From positions 29,032 to 93,031 of the IMG/VR virus record IMGVR_UViG_3300035070_003584: a stretch of 64,000 bases of DNA; one strand, written 5' to 3'. Origin of the DNA: a virus (taxonomy: Duplodnaviria; Caudoviricetes). Every line of letters begins with the position of its first letter. Position 1 is the stretch's first letter. The position numbers and the translations under genes were made by a program. The notes beneath the pieces are model-generated. The model saw only the letters and a list, made by a program, of their open reading frames with translations, ran no database searches and was not told the origin of the DNA. Positions 9,339-19,031 of the stretch are shown here, piece by piece.

Positions 9339-10163
9339 ATGAAAAATATTGCAATTATTGGACACGGCTATGTTGGTAAGGCCGTTGAATATGGATTCCA
9401 AACTCAATGGGTGAAACAGACACTTATTGATCCAGCACTCTATGGCAACAGCCTAAGTGATCTACGAGGTACACGAGTTGATGTCGCATTTGTTTGTGTA
9501 CCTACTCCTATGGGTGAGGATGGTTCTATTAACTCATCTATTGTAGAACAAACTGTAAGAGATTTATCTGCAATTACAACTGGACTCATTGTTATTAAAT
9601 CAACTGTTGTACCAAGTGTTGTTGCAGAATTGTCTGAGTCCAATCCGCAGGTAATTTATAACCCTGAATTCCTTACAGAAAAAAATGCACTAGATGATTT
9701 TATTAATCCACCAATGCATGTGTTTGGTGGTGAAAAAGGTGCCACTGCAAAACTAGAAGAGATTTATAAGGAACATTCTCGGTGTAAACCATGTCAAGCA
9801 TATCACATGACTGCAATGGAAGCATCATTTGTAAAATATGGAATTAATTCATTCCTTGCAACCAAGGTATTGTGGATGAACCAGTTCCAAGATCTTTGTG
9901 ATAATTGGCATGCCAAATATAATGTTGTTGCAAATGCAATTGGTTCGGATGCCAGAATTGGTCACAGTCATATGCAAGTGCCTGGTCCGGATGGTCGTAA
10001 AGGCTACGGTGGGGCATGTTTTCCCAAGGACACAAAAGCCTTTTCACATTTTGCCGAAGGTCAGCTTACAGTCTTAGATGCAGTCATCGAAGAAAATAAC
10101 ATATATCGTGCTATGTATGAGTTGGATGATCGCGAGAAAGAACAAAATGTTGTTTACATTTAA
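9339..10163 (+). CDS. UDP-glucose/GDP-mannose dehydrogenase family protein (lacks C-terminal domain)
   Basis: GHGYVG, FVCVPTP, IKSTV, YNPEFL, GYGGACFPKD. Confidence 0.92.
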   Translation: MKNIAIIGHGYVGKAVEYGFQTQWVKQTLIDPALYGNSLSDLRGTRVDVAFVCVPTPMGEDGSINSSIVEQTVRDLSAITTGLIVIKSTVVPSVVAELSESNPQVIYNPEFLTEKNALDDFINPPMHVFGGEKGATAKLEEIYKEHSRCKPCQAYHMTAMEASFVKYGINSFLATKVLWMNQFQDLCDNWHAKYNVVANAIGSDARIGHSHMQVPGPDGRKGYGGACFPKDTKAFSHFAEGQLTVLDAVIEENNIYRAMYELDDREKEQNVVYI

Positions 10164-10181
10164 CCTATAGTATGGTATAAT
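10153..10181 (+). promoter_or_regulatory. Early promoter
   Basis: TTTACA-N17-TATAAT. Confidence 0.7.
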
Positions 10182-10205
10182 ATACTATATTATTTGGAGG
10201 AATAT

Positions 10206-11162
10206 ATGGCTAAAATTGCAATTACAGGTCTGGCCGGCTTTATCGGCTCGACACTAGCACATAAACTACATGCCGATGGTCATCACGTTATCGGCTTTGA
10301 TAATTTTAATGATTATTATGATCCGGAACTTAAAAAAGCTCGTGCCGCAAAACTCATTGATGATTGTGGTGTTGTTGTTGAAAAAGTTGATCTAAATGAT
10401 GCCGAAAATCTAAAAGATTGGATGTACCATAAACGGCCAGACATTGTAATGCATTTGGCAGCCTATGCCGGTGTTCGCCATTCCATGGTTGAACCAGGAA
10501 AATATATCGATAACAATGTTGTTGGTACTCATAGCCTTATTGAGGCTTGTTGGAATGCCGGCGTCACTAAGGCTGTGTATGCATCAACATCATGTGTAAT
10601 GGCTGGTAACAAATTACCATGGACAGAAGATGAAAAACTTGGTTATCAATTAAATCCATATGGTTATACCAAGGCTACTAATGAGTCACAGTTTATGGCG
10701 TCAGCTATCCCATCTACAGTGGGCCTTAGATTCTTTACAGTCTATGGTCCGTGGGGTCGGCCTGACATGGCTTTGTTTGATTTTACCAAAAATATCATTG
10801 CTGGTAATGAAATTGAACTATTTAATTATGGTGATATGATCCGTGACTTTACATATGTAGATGATATTGTCCAAGGTATTAGTATTATTCTAGAAAAAAC
10901 CTTGGCCGAGGACCATGCTAAACAGATATATAATATTGGCAATGGCAGACAAGTTCAACTTATGGAATTTGTTGAGAACATTGAAAAACAACTTGGTCGT
11001 ACGGCAAATAAAAAACTTGTACCAAAACACCCAGCAGATACTCAGGCCACATGGTCAGATTGTACTAAACTTAAGGCATTAGGTTATAGTCCAGAAACAT
11101 CTATCGAAAAAGGTGTTGAAAATTTTGTCACTTGGTATAAATCTTATTATGGAGTAAATTAA
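10206..11162 (+). CDS. UDP-glucuronate 4-epimerase-like NAD-dependent epimerase
   Basis: TGLAGFIG, HLAAYAGVRHS, YGYTK, RFFTVYGPWGRPDMA, RDFTYVDDIV. Confidence 0.9.
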   Translation: MAKIAITGLAGFIGSTLAHKLHADGHHVIGFDNFNDYYDPELKKARAAKLIDDCGVVVEKVDLNDAENLKDWMYHKRPDIVMHLAAYAGVRHSMVEPGKYIDNNVVGTHSLIEACWNAGVTKAVYASTSCVMAGNKLPWTEDEKLGYQLNPYGYTKATNESQFMASAIPSTVGLRFFTVYGPWGRPDMALFDFTKNIIAGNEIELFNYGDMIRDFTYVDDIVQGISIILEKTLAEDHAKQIYNIGNGRQVQLMEFVENIEKQLGRTANKKLVPKHPADTQATWSDCTKLKALGYSPETSIEKGVENFVTWYKSYYGVN

Positions 11163-11578
11163 TGATTGTAGCACTTACTGCATCTACATTTGATCTATTA
11201 CATGCAGGTCATATTGCAATGTTAAGAGAAGCAAAATCACAGTGTGATTATCTTATTTGTGCATTACAAGTAGATCCATCAATTGACCGGCCAGAAAAAA
11301 ATTCTCCAGTACAGACAATAGTAGAAAGACATGCCCAACTTTCGGCAGTAACCTATGTTGATGAAATCATACCATATTGTACTGAGGATGATCTATTGGA
11401 TATTCTGAATATGTATCCAATTAATGTTAGAATTTTGGGTGAAGAATATAGGGATAAAGACTTTACTGGTAAAGACGAATGCCGTAAAAGAGGTATTCAA
11501 TTGTATTTCAACAAACGTGAGCATAGATTTAGTTCTAGTGACTTGCGTAAGAGAGTAGCTTCCAAAGAGAAGGAATAA
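11162..11578 (+). CDS. Glycerol-3-phosphate cytidylyltransferase-like (TagD family)
   Basis: TFDLLHAGH, R.H.FSSSDLR. Confidence 0.88.
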   Translation: MIVALTASTFDLLHAGHIAMLREAKSQCDYLICALQVDPSIDRPEKNSPVQTIVERHAQLSAVTYVDEIIPYCTEDDLLDILNMYPINVRILGEEYRDKDFTGKDECRKRGIQLYFNKREHRFSSSDLRKRVASKEKE

Positions 11579-11582
11579 TCAA

Positions 11583-11798
11583 ATGTCTCAGATTCACGAG
11601 CCTCATGAAGTATATATGAAACGTAAATTAAAGGAAGAAAATATTGGTGTTAATACTGAATATACCAATATGAGATTAACAGCTGAAATTGAACAGCTTA
11701 AAAATAGAATTAAACAACTTGAGACAGACATGGCATATAATACTTATGCCACTAGTCCAGAAGAACAACGTATTTATGATTTAAGGAGAACAGATTAA
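11583..11798 (+). CDS. Hypothetical coiled-coil protein
   Basis: ORF with SD between tagD-like gene and uvsX. Confidence 0.6.
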   Translation: MSQIHEPHEVYMKRKLKEENIGVNTEYTNMRLTAEIEQLKNRIKQLETDMAYNTYATSPEEQRIYDLRRTD

Positions 11799-12848
11799 AT
11801 GTCTATTATGGACAAACTCAAAAAGAATTCCAAGTTGAAACATACTGAGATTCTTTCTGAATCCAAATTTTTCAATGAAAAAGATATGGTACCTACTCGA
11901 GTACCTATGGTAAACGTTGCTCTATCTGGATCAATTGATGGTGGTCTTGCGCCTGGACTTACTGTCCTTGCTGGACCATCAAAACACTTTAAAACATCAT
12001 TTGCACTCCTTATGGCTGGTGCATATATGCAGAAATATCCAGATGCTGTAATGCTTTTTTACGATTCAGAGTTTGGTTCACCACAATCTTACTTTGAACA
12101 ATTTGATGTCGACACATCACGTGTTCTGCATACACCAATCACAAATGTAGAAGAACTTAAATTTGATCTGATTGGCCAACTTGAAGGCTTGGATCGCAAG
12201 GATAAAGTTATTGTAGTCATTGACTCTATTGGCAACCTTGCATCCAAAAAAGAGATGGAAGATGCCATTAATGAAAAATCAGTGGCAGATATGTCTCGTG
12301 CAAAGGCACTCAAAGGTTTGTTCCGTATGACAACACCTTATCTTGCCATGAAAGATATTCCACTTCTTGCAGTTAACCATACTTATCAAGAGATTGGATT
12401 GTTTCCTAAGGCTATTGTATCTGGTGGTACCGGCATTTACTATTCTGCCGACAACATTTGGATCCTAGGCCGTAGACAAAACAAAAAAGGTACCGAAGTT
12501 ACTGGTTATGATTTTGTTATTAATGTAGAAAAGTCTCGGTATGTAAAAGAAAAGTCCAAGATTCCTATTACAGTATCTTGGGAAGGTGGTGTTGCTCAAT
12601 GGTCTGGTCTACTTGATGTAGCACTGGCTGGTGGTTATGCACAGAAACCAAGCAATGGTTGGTATGAAGCACTTGATCCATCTACCGGTGAAATTCTAAC
12701 TGGTAAGACTCGTGAAGCTGGTACACTAGAAGAAGAATTCTGGACACCACTCTTTGAAAAAACTGACTTTAAAGAGTTCATCAAAAAGTCATACACAATT
12801 GGTCATAAATCAGAAATTGATATGGATGCGTTGGTAGATGAAGCATAA
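11799..12848 (+). CDS. uvsX: RecA-like recombinase UvsX
   Basis: AGPSKHFKT, YDSEFG, DSIGNLASKKE, SGGTG..YSAD. Confidence 0.96.
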   Translation: MSIMDKLKKNSKLKHTEILSESKFFNEKDMVPTRVPMVNVALSGSIDGGLAPGLTVLAGPSKHFKTSFALLMAGAYMQKYPDAVMLFYDSEFGSPQSYFEQFDVDTSRVLHTPITNVEELKFDLIGQLEGLDRKDKVIVVIDSIGNLASKKEMEDAINEKSVADMSRAKALKGLFRMTTPYLAMKDIPLLAVNHTYQEIGLFPKAIVSGGTGIYYSADNIWILGRRQNKKGTEVTGYDFVINVEKSRYVKEKSKIPITVSWEGGVAQWSGLLDVALAGGYAQKPSNGWYEALDPSTGEILTGKTREAGTLEEEFWTPLFEKTDFKEFIKKSYTIGHKSEIDMDALVDEA

Positions 12849-13134
12849 AGAAAATCAAACTTATCAATTGGTTCCGGGTGAGGAGGGCGATCAGCATTGG
12901 CTGGTTCGCTTCCTCGAAGGACCATATGCTGAAACAGTAATTCAGTATGGTTCTATTAGTGTGAATGACGAAGAAGAAGGTACTATGTCCTTTAATTTCT
13001 TTGTTGAATCATCTCCAGATTCTGAATTAACTTCCGAAGATGTTGATTTGCAATTATGGGCTGGTGATGTTCTTCAAGAGATTCTTAGAGAAGCCATTAT
13101 GGATGGTTCGGCAGTATTACAAGAACAAACATGA
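12838..13134 (+). CDS. Probable gp40-like head-vertex assembly chaperone
   Basis: Position between uvsX and gp41; acidic; L.GPY..T.I.YG motif. Confidence 0.55.
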   Translation: MKHKENQTYQLVPGEEGDQHWLVRFLEGPYAETVIQYGSISVNDEEEGTMSFNFFVESSPDSELTSEDVDLQLWAGDVLQEILREAIMDGSAVLQEQT

Positions 13135-13622
13135 AAATATTAATATTTGGATTGCCGGGTTCTGGTAAAAGTACATTGGCCAAACCATTGGCTGAGTTAT
13201 TGGGTGGTATACACATTAACGCAGATGTAGTTCGAACGAGCTATGATGACTGGGATTTTAGCTCTGAAGGAAGAATACGTCAAGCACAACGTATGAAACA
13301 CTTGAGTGATGGTGTCATTATGGCTGGCAAAATTGCAGTTGCAGATTTTGTTTGTCCAACAAATATAGCTCGTATAGAATTTAATGCAGACTACACAGTA
13401 TGGATGGATACTATTAAAGAAAGTCGTTACGAAGATACTAATGCTATGTTTGAAAAACCAATTGATGTTAACTATCATGTTAATGGATGGTTTGATGACA
13501 CACATAAACAACTTGTAGCAGTTGTTAATAATTATATGAAACGCCAAGATGATATTCGTAATGACCGCGCCGAAGGTACTAGTATGGTAAATTTAGAAAT
13601 AAAATCCAATAGGAAAAAGTAG
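13131..13622 (+). CDS. Adenylylsulfate-kinase-like P-loop kinase
   Basis: GLPGSGKS, NADVVR, DFS.EGRIRQA.RM, ADFVCP, FEKP. Confidence 0.75.
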   Translation: MKILIFGLPGSGKSTLAKPLAELLGGIHINADVVRTSYDDWDFSSEGRIRQAQRMKHLSDGVIMAGKIAVADFVCPTNIARIEFNADYTVWMDTIKESRYEDTNAMFEKPIDVNYHVNGWFDDTHKQLVAVVNNYMKRQDDIRNDRAEGTSMVNLEIKSNRKK

Positions 13623-14008
13623 TGGATTTTGATCCCCTCAAACCAACAGTACAAATGCTTGGTCGTTGGCAACCATGGCATACTGGTCATACAGAACTTT
13701 TTAAAAGGGCTCATGCAAAAACCGGCCAAGTCTGTATACAGATTAGGCAAGTGCCAGAACAATATGACAACCCATTTAATATTGATATAATAAAAATTAA
13801 TATTATTGAAGCATTGGCAAAAGAGGGGTTTACAATTGCAGTAGATTATATTATAATGGTACTACCAAATATAACTGATATTGCGTATGGTCGAAAGGTT
13901 GGCTATACATTTACAGAACATGATTTAGGTGAGGATATACACAATATATCAGCCACCAAAATTCGTAAACAAATGAGAGAAGAAGGTACCCTTGCAGACA
14001 AATCTTGA
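13622..14008 (+). CDS. HxGH nucleotidyltransferase-like protein
   Basis: GRWQPWHTGH, YGRKVGY, ISATKIR. Confidence 0.78.
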   Translation: MDFDPLKPTVQMLGRWQPWHTGHTELFKRAHAKTGQVCIQIRQVPEQYDNPFNIDIIKINIIEALAKEGFTIAVDYIIMVLPNITDIAYGRKVGYTFTEHDLGEDIHNISATKIRKQMREEGTLADKS

Positions 14009-15377
14009 ACAGACTATTCTTCGTAATCTTTTAACTGATGAAAAGTATATGCGTAAGGTATTACCTTTCATCAAACCAGAATATTTCCAAGGAGTATATC
14101 GTACACTCTTTAAAGAGGCTGGTAAATATGTAGCAAAATATAATAAATTGCCTACATCAGAAACATTGGTTATTGAACTACAAGAATCAACTAATATGTC
14201 TGACGAACAATTTCAGATGTCGATGAATATTGTTCCACAGCTGTATTCTGGTGAGGTAATTGATCCGGATTGGTTATTAAACTCTACCGAGAAATGGTGC
14301 CAGGATAGAGCAATTCATATTGCCATTATGGAATCTATTTCTATTATTGACGGTAAACATGAGTCAATGACAAAGAATGCACTACCTGACCTTCTCAGTA
14401 AAGCTCTTGGTGTGTCATTTGATAATAGTGTTGGACACGATTATGTTGATGATTTCGAACAGCGTTATGATTTTTACCATACAGAAGAAGATAGGATTCC
14501 ATTTGATCTCGACTATTTTAATAAAATTACAAAGGGTGGTGTACCGCGTAAAACACTTAACATTGCCCTTGCAGGTACTGGCGTTGGCAAGTCTCTATTC
14601 ATGTGTCATGTTGCTAGTGGCGCTTTGGTAGAAGGTAGAAATGTACTATACATAACTATGGAAATGGCTGAGGAAAGAATTGCCGAACGTATTGATGCTA
14701 ATCTTCTCAATGTACCTATCGACCAACTTGAAAACCTTTCGAAGGATATGTTTAGAACTAAAGTTGAAAATATTGCACGTAAGACAACCGGCAGATTAAT
14801 TGTAAAAGAATACCCAACAGGCTCAGCTCATGCTGGTCATTTTAGGGCTTTGTTAAATGAATTAAAACTGAAAAGATCATTCGAACCAGATATTATCTTT
14901 ATTGATTATTTGAATATCTGTTCTTCTTCTCGAATGAAAGCCATGGGAGGATCAATCAATTCTTATACATACATTAAGGCGATTGCTGAGGAACTTAGAG
15001 GACTGGCGGTGGAGTTTAATGTACCGATTTTCTCGGCGACTCAAACGACGCGGTCGGGCTATGGCAATTCGGATGTCGGTTTGGAAGATACATCTGAGTC
15101 TTTCGGTCTACCAGCTACGGCGGATCTTATGTTCGCTCTTATCTCTACTGAAGAACTTGAAGGGCTCGGGCAGATGATGGTCAAACAATTGAAAAATAGA
15201 TACAATGATCCAACATCAAATAAAAGATTTGTAATTGGAGTTGACCGATCTAAGATGAGATTATATGATGTTGATGAAACAGAACAAAATCTAATGAAGG
15301 ATGATACTCCAGTATTTGATAAATCTGTATCAGCAGAAAAAATTAGTGCAGAAAAGTTTAGGGAGTTTAAACTATGA
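13992..15377 (+). CDS. gp41: Replicative DNA helicase (gp41)
   Basis: AGTGVGKSL, ITMEMAEE, FIDYLNI, SESFGLPATAD, KQLKNRY. Confidence 0.97.
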   Translation: MQTNLEQTILRNLLTDEKYMRKVLPFIKPEYFQGVYRTLFKEAGKYVAKYNKLPTSETLVIELQESTNMSDEQFQMSMNIVPQLYSGEVIDPDWLLNSTEKWCQDRAIHIAIMESISIIDGKHESMTKNALPDLLSKALGVSFDNSVGHDYVDDFEQRYDFYHTEEDRIPFDLDYFNKITKGGVPRKTLNIALAGTGVGKSLFMCHVASGALVEGRNVLYITMEMAEERIAERIDANLLNVPIDQLENLSKDMFRTKVENIARKTTGRLIVKEYPTGSAHAGHFRALLNELKLKRSFEPDIIFIDYLNICSSSRMKAMGGSINSYTYIKAIAEELRGLAVEFNVPIFSATQTTRSGYGNSDVGLEDTSESFGLPATADLMFALISTEELEGLGQMMVKQLKNRYNDPTSNKRFVIGVDRSKMRLYDVDETEQNLMKDDTPVFDKSVSAEKISAEKFREFKL

Positions 15378-15580
15378 TCTATAAAGGGCCAGAGGTTAGC
15401 ACCTATTGGGGTGATGAGGAATATTCAAACCGTAAAGCAGTTGTGATGAAAGATGACAACGGATTTTATGTTGAATTTTATAAAGAAGAAAAACTTTGGG
15501 AACGACGAAACGTCTATGATCATAGTGAAGTTTATGCAGAAAATGCTGCCGAAAACTTTGTAATGGGAATTATTCAGTGA
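15374..15580 (+). CDS. Hypothetical protein
   Basis: Coupled ORF; HSEVYAENAAENFV. Confidence 0.65.
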   Translation: MIYKGPEVSTYWGDEEYSNRKAVVMKDDNGFYVEFYKEEKLWERRNVYDHSEVYAENAAENFVMGIIQ

Positions 15581-16290
15581 ACATTTATTGGAGTTCTTAT
15601 ATACCTGAGAGAAATAAAAGAATTCTTTCGGATATAAGATATCACGCGCCAGAACATGCTACGGAATATCTTAAGAATAAGGTTAATCCAGAAATAAGAG
15701 AATCAGATTTTCTAAGATGCCCTGCATTTGCTAAACAGCAAAAAAACCTCTATGCATTGAAATTTTCTTTTTCTTATGAACTACGAATGGAAAATGGTGA
15801 GTTAAAGTCAGACAAGTATGATCAAAGGTTCTTTGACGATTTTGTAAGCGTTAGGGATCATGATAATTGTATGATATCTTTTCCAATGAGTTATGTGTTT
15901 ATTGCAGAAACTCCTGTAGATATGGAGTATACTTCAGCATATAATGTAAGTAATGGTTTTGTTGATAATTCAATAGTCATTCCAGGATCATTTGATATTG
16001 GAAAATGGTATAGACCTTTAGATTTGGCATTCCTTATGAAAGATAAAGAAAAGGGAGTTTCGTTTAATGAAAATGATGCATATGCCTTTGTCAACTTTCA
16101 TACAAATAAAAAAGTAAATTTAATTAGATTCGAAACCACACCAGAACTTGTTGGTCTATTTAATTCTATATTACTTAGCAAATTTGCAAAATCAAAAGAA
16201 GTTAATGCTCTCAGTTGGTTTTATACTCTATTAGAAAAATCACAATATAAGAACAAAATATTGAAATTAGTGAAAGAGAATGTGTTATGA
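15577..16290 (+). CDS. Hypothetical protein (RCPAF..IPGSFDIGKWYRP)
   Basis: 237-aa coupled ORF, AT-rich. Confidence 0.7.
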   Translation: MNIYWSSYIPERNKRILSDIRYHAPEHATEYLKNKVNPEIRESDFLRCPAFAKQQKNLYALKFSFSYELRMENGELKSDKYDQRFFDDFVSVRDHDNCMISFPMSYVFIAETPVDMEYTSAYNVSNGFVDNSIVIPGSFDIGKWYRPLDLAFLMKDKEKGVSFNENDAYAFVNFHTNKKVNLIRFETTPELVGLFNSILLSKFAKSKEVNALSWFYTLLEKSQYKNKILKLVKENVL

Positions 16291-16934
16291 CCGTAAATCT
16301 AATTAGTTATTCAAAGGGAGAGAAAGATGAAAGTCTCCAGGACATCATTGCGTATACAGCCCGTGTCTCGAATCCATCCAACCAAGACAACACCGAAACG
16401 TCAGAAAGACTACTACGATACCTCATCCGAGAAAAACACTGGTCACCATTTGAAATGGTTAGCGCTTGCTTGGAAGTAACTACAACTCGTGATATTGCTC
16501 GTCAGTTATTGAGACATAGATCATTCTCTTTTCAAGAGTTTTCTCAACGGTATGCAGATCCTACAAAGGATTTACAGTTTAAGATGAAAGATGCAAGGCT
16601 TCAAGATACAAAGAATAGACAGAATAGCCTAGATGTAAATGATCCTAATCTACAATTAAATTGGTACAAACAACAAGCGGAGGTCGTCAATGCAGCAAAG
16701 AAATCATATGAATGGGCAATTGAAAATGGTATTGCCAAAGAACAAGCTCGTGCAGTTCTACCAGAAGGTATTATGGAATCTAGATTGTATGTTAACGGTA
16801 CCATCCGGTCCTGGATCCATTATATCGACCTACGCTCTGGACACGGTACACAGAAAGAACACATAGAATTAGCTCGAGCTTGTGCAACAGCACTCGAACC
16901 TATCTTTCCTATGATCAAAGAGTTTTGTCATTAA
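16287..16934 (+). CDS. thyX: Flavin-dependent thymidylate synthase
   Basis: HWSPFE, RHRSFSFQEFSQRY, EQARAVLP, TQKEH. Confidence 0.96.
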   Translation: MTVNLISYSKGEKDESLQDIIAYTARVSNPSNQDNTETSERLLRYLIREKHWSPFEMVSACLEVTTTRDIARQLLRHRSFSFQEFSQRYADPTKDLQFKMKDARLQDTKNRQNSLDVNDPNLQLNWYKQQAEVVNAAKKSYEWAIENGIAKEQARAVLPEGIMESRLYVNGTIRSWIHYIDLRSGHGTQKEHIELARACATALEPIFPMIKEFCH

Positions 16935-17301
16935 ATATTTAATTATATTCTTTTGTCTATTTACTACCAGTGTATATGCCGAAGGTCGTATGTATACTGG
17001 TAGTGAAGACAAAACTCACTGTACTCTATGGAACACAAGCCCATTACGATGGCCACAGACTATTTTAGGACTCGAGCCAATGGAATGTAGACGTAAGGCA
17101 GTACCTCCTACAACAACCAATACTATAAACTGTAGACTCAAAAGACAATATGTCGATCCTGAGACCGATGAACGTATGTGTATATACGAAAGAGGAGCCA
17201 CAGGACATGGCGATCTTACAGTAGCGATGGATAAGTACTTCCATTGCCCTCGTACACAAAACTGTACACAGAGTCCAGGTTCTGATGCTACTTTGGATTA
17301 A
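16930..17301 (+). CDS. Cys-rich, probably exported protein (ATG at 16990, or ATT start at 16930 adding a signal peptide)
   Basis: Six Cys; in-frame upstream IKYLIIFFCLFTTSVYA. Confidence 0.6.
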   Translation: MKYLIIFFCLFTTSVYAEGRMYTGSEDKTHCTLWNTSPLRWPQTILGLEPMECRRKAVPPTTTNTINCRLKRQYVDPETDERMCIYERGATGHGDLTVAMDKYFHCPRTQNCTQSPGSDATLD

Positions 17302-17353
17302 AAACTATTTTACTACTGGTTGTTTTTATTAAATAAAATTGTGCGTTTTTTTG

Positions 17354-17413
17354 TTTACAAACCTCTTTTTATATGATATAATAGTATCATAATCAAAAAG
17401 GAAGAGGAGCCTT
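17354..17413 (+). promoter_or_regulatory. Early promoter plus conserved leader cassette
   Basis: TTTACA-N17-TATAAT, AGTATCATAATCAAAAAGGAAGAGGAGCC. Confidence 0.85.
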
Positions 17414-17415
17414 AC

Positions 17416-17649
17416 ATGTCTAAACCAATTTCAAATGCCGCTTTTAAGCGTATGATTAAATCTGCTTCTGCAGAAAAGCGTCAGGAAATTCTTGAGCGCC
17501 AACTCAGAGTTCTTCCACAGTTTATTATGGAAGAAGTTGCTCGTATTCCTCAGTTACCTACATCACCTAAAGTGATTAAGGATTTGGAATCACGGCTTAA
17601 GTTGGTTCGGACAATGTGGACAGAGGAACTTATTCGGAGACATGCATAA
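17416..17649 (+). CDS. Early hypothetical protein
   Basis: Directly after promoter/SD cassette. Confidence 0.7.
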   Translation: MSKPISNAAFKRMIKSASAEKRQEILERQLRVLPQFIMEEVARIPQLPTSPKVIKDLESRLKLVRTMWTEELIRRHA

Positions 17650-17819
17650 TGGCTTATCATTATATTAAATTAGAAAAGTTTTTTATGGCATTGGCAAAAG
17701 ATATGTCAGAAGAAAACATGCGTAAGCAACTTTTAAGTCTTACATCAGATGAGGTTCGTAAATTAAAGGATCTCATGGATATTCATAATCTTACATATAA
17801 CCATGAGGTTACTAAATGA
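17649..17819 (+). CDS. Early hypothetical protein
   Basis: TAATG coupling. Confidence 0.55.
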   Translation: MAYHYIKLEKFFMALAKDMSEENMRKQLLSLTSDEVRKLKDLMDIHNLTYNHEVTK

Positions 17820-18361
17820 AGCGTTATGTTTTTCTTGGTGCCATGGCGGCATCATTTTTAGGTGGTCTTGTGAGTGGTAAATCGGCATTTGGTGCAGAAG
17901 CAAATGCAGGTTTACTACACGATTCTGTATCAGAACAGAAATGTCTGGCAGATAATATATACTTTGAGGCCCGTAACCAAATACATAGGGGAATGATTGG
18001 TGTCGCTCTTGTCACTCGTAACCGTGTTCTTGATAGTCGGTTTCCTCATTCATATTGTGAGGTTGTTAAACAAGGACCTGAAAGACCATCATGGAAGCAA
18101 AATGGGACCATGGTCCCTCTTCGCCATCGCTGCCAATTTAGTTGGTATTGTGACGGCAAGTCTGATGATATTGGTTATCACGATACTGCTGTCTATGAAC
18201 TTGCTCGTGCCATCGCTTTTAAAGTCTATCACGGAGAATTTCCCGACTTCACAGATGGTGCCACTCATTATCATGCCGATTATGTTAGACCAGAATGGGC
18301 ATCAACCAAAACCAAAACAATGAAGATTGATCAACACATTTTTTATAGATGGGAAAAATAA
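17816..18361 (+). CDS. SleB/Hydrolase_2 family cell-wall hydrolase
   Basis: Signal peptide; CLADNIYFEAR, NRV, CQFSWYCDG, GATHYHA.YV.P.W, HIFY. Confidence 0.92.
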   Translation: MKRYVFLGAMAASFLGGLVSGKSAFGAEANAGLLHDSVSEQKCLADNIYFEARNQIHRGMIGVALVTRNRVLDSRFPHSYCEVVKQGPERPSWKQNGTMVPLRHRCQFSWYCDGKSDDIGYHDTAVYELARAIAFKVYHGEFPDFTDGATHYHADYVRPEWASTKTKTMKIDQHIFYRWEK

Positions 18362-18684
18362 TGCAAAGACTATTTCCAGAAGATAGTATTGAAAATATGC
18401 CAGACTTTAAATTTAATGAGGACATGTATATCGATGAGATCTCTGACTATATCATTGCGACATATAGTCAACACTACTCAAAGAACAATTTTCAAGCATC
18501 AGAGTTTATCTATGATGCTGGTCATGGTACTGGATTTAATATGGGTAATGTGATGAAGTATGCCCAGCGATATGGTAATAAGGGTACTACCGATGATCAT
18601 CGGAAGGATCTGATGAAGGTGATTCATTACGCGATTCTTCAGCTTCACGTACACGATACTTCGCAAGAAGAATTGCTTCTTTAA
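18361..18684 (+). CDS. DUF3310-like protein
   Basis: HY..GFNMGNVMKYAQRYG.K..DLMKVIHY. Confidence 0.7.
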   Translation: MQRLFPEDSIENMPDFKFNEDMYIDEISDYIIATYSQHYSKNNFQASEFIYDAGHGTGFNMGNVMKYAQRYGNKGTTDDHRKDLMKVIHYAILQLHVHDTSQEELLL

Positions 18685-18817
18685 GGTGTTCTATTTCAAG
18701 TTCTAGTTCTGTCTTTGGTGCCTTAATATCTTCTAATGTCTTATCATAAAGATAAGCATTAAAGAAAAGTATTGCTACCAGTAAAGCAATGATTGACAAT
18801 AGTATTACCTCTGACAT
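18587..18817 (-). CDS. Small membrane-anchored protein
   Basis: N-terminal TM helix and coiled coil; last of three minus-strand genes. Confidence 0.5.
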   Translation of the reverse strand: MSEVILLSIIALLVAILFFNAYLYDKTLEDIKAPKTELELEIEHLKEAILLAKYRVREAEESRNESPSSDPSDDHR

Positions 18818-18824
18818 TTACCAT

Positions 18825-19031
18825 TTACTTAGTTAACATACCAGCTGGGAGTGTTCTGCATTCCCAGCTTCTTGGTTTGTATCCCTTCATATGTATATGC
18901 ACATCTTCGGCCATTTGCAATGCACGGGCCTTACACACACGCTCAGATTCGTATGGTCCACGTTGATCTTCTAGCATAATGCAATAGTTTGGATTGCTCA
19001 TCAGGCATGCATATACAATTGCTTGTATCAT
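18825..19031 (-). CDS. Cys-containing hypothetical protein (MIQAIVYACL..GPY....C..RA)
   Basis: Start coupled to the stop of 19031..19510. Confidence 0.6.
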   Translation of the reverse strand: MIQAIVYACLMSNPNYCIMLEDQRGPYESERVCKARALQMAEDVHIHMKGYKPRSWECRTLPAGMLTK

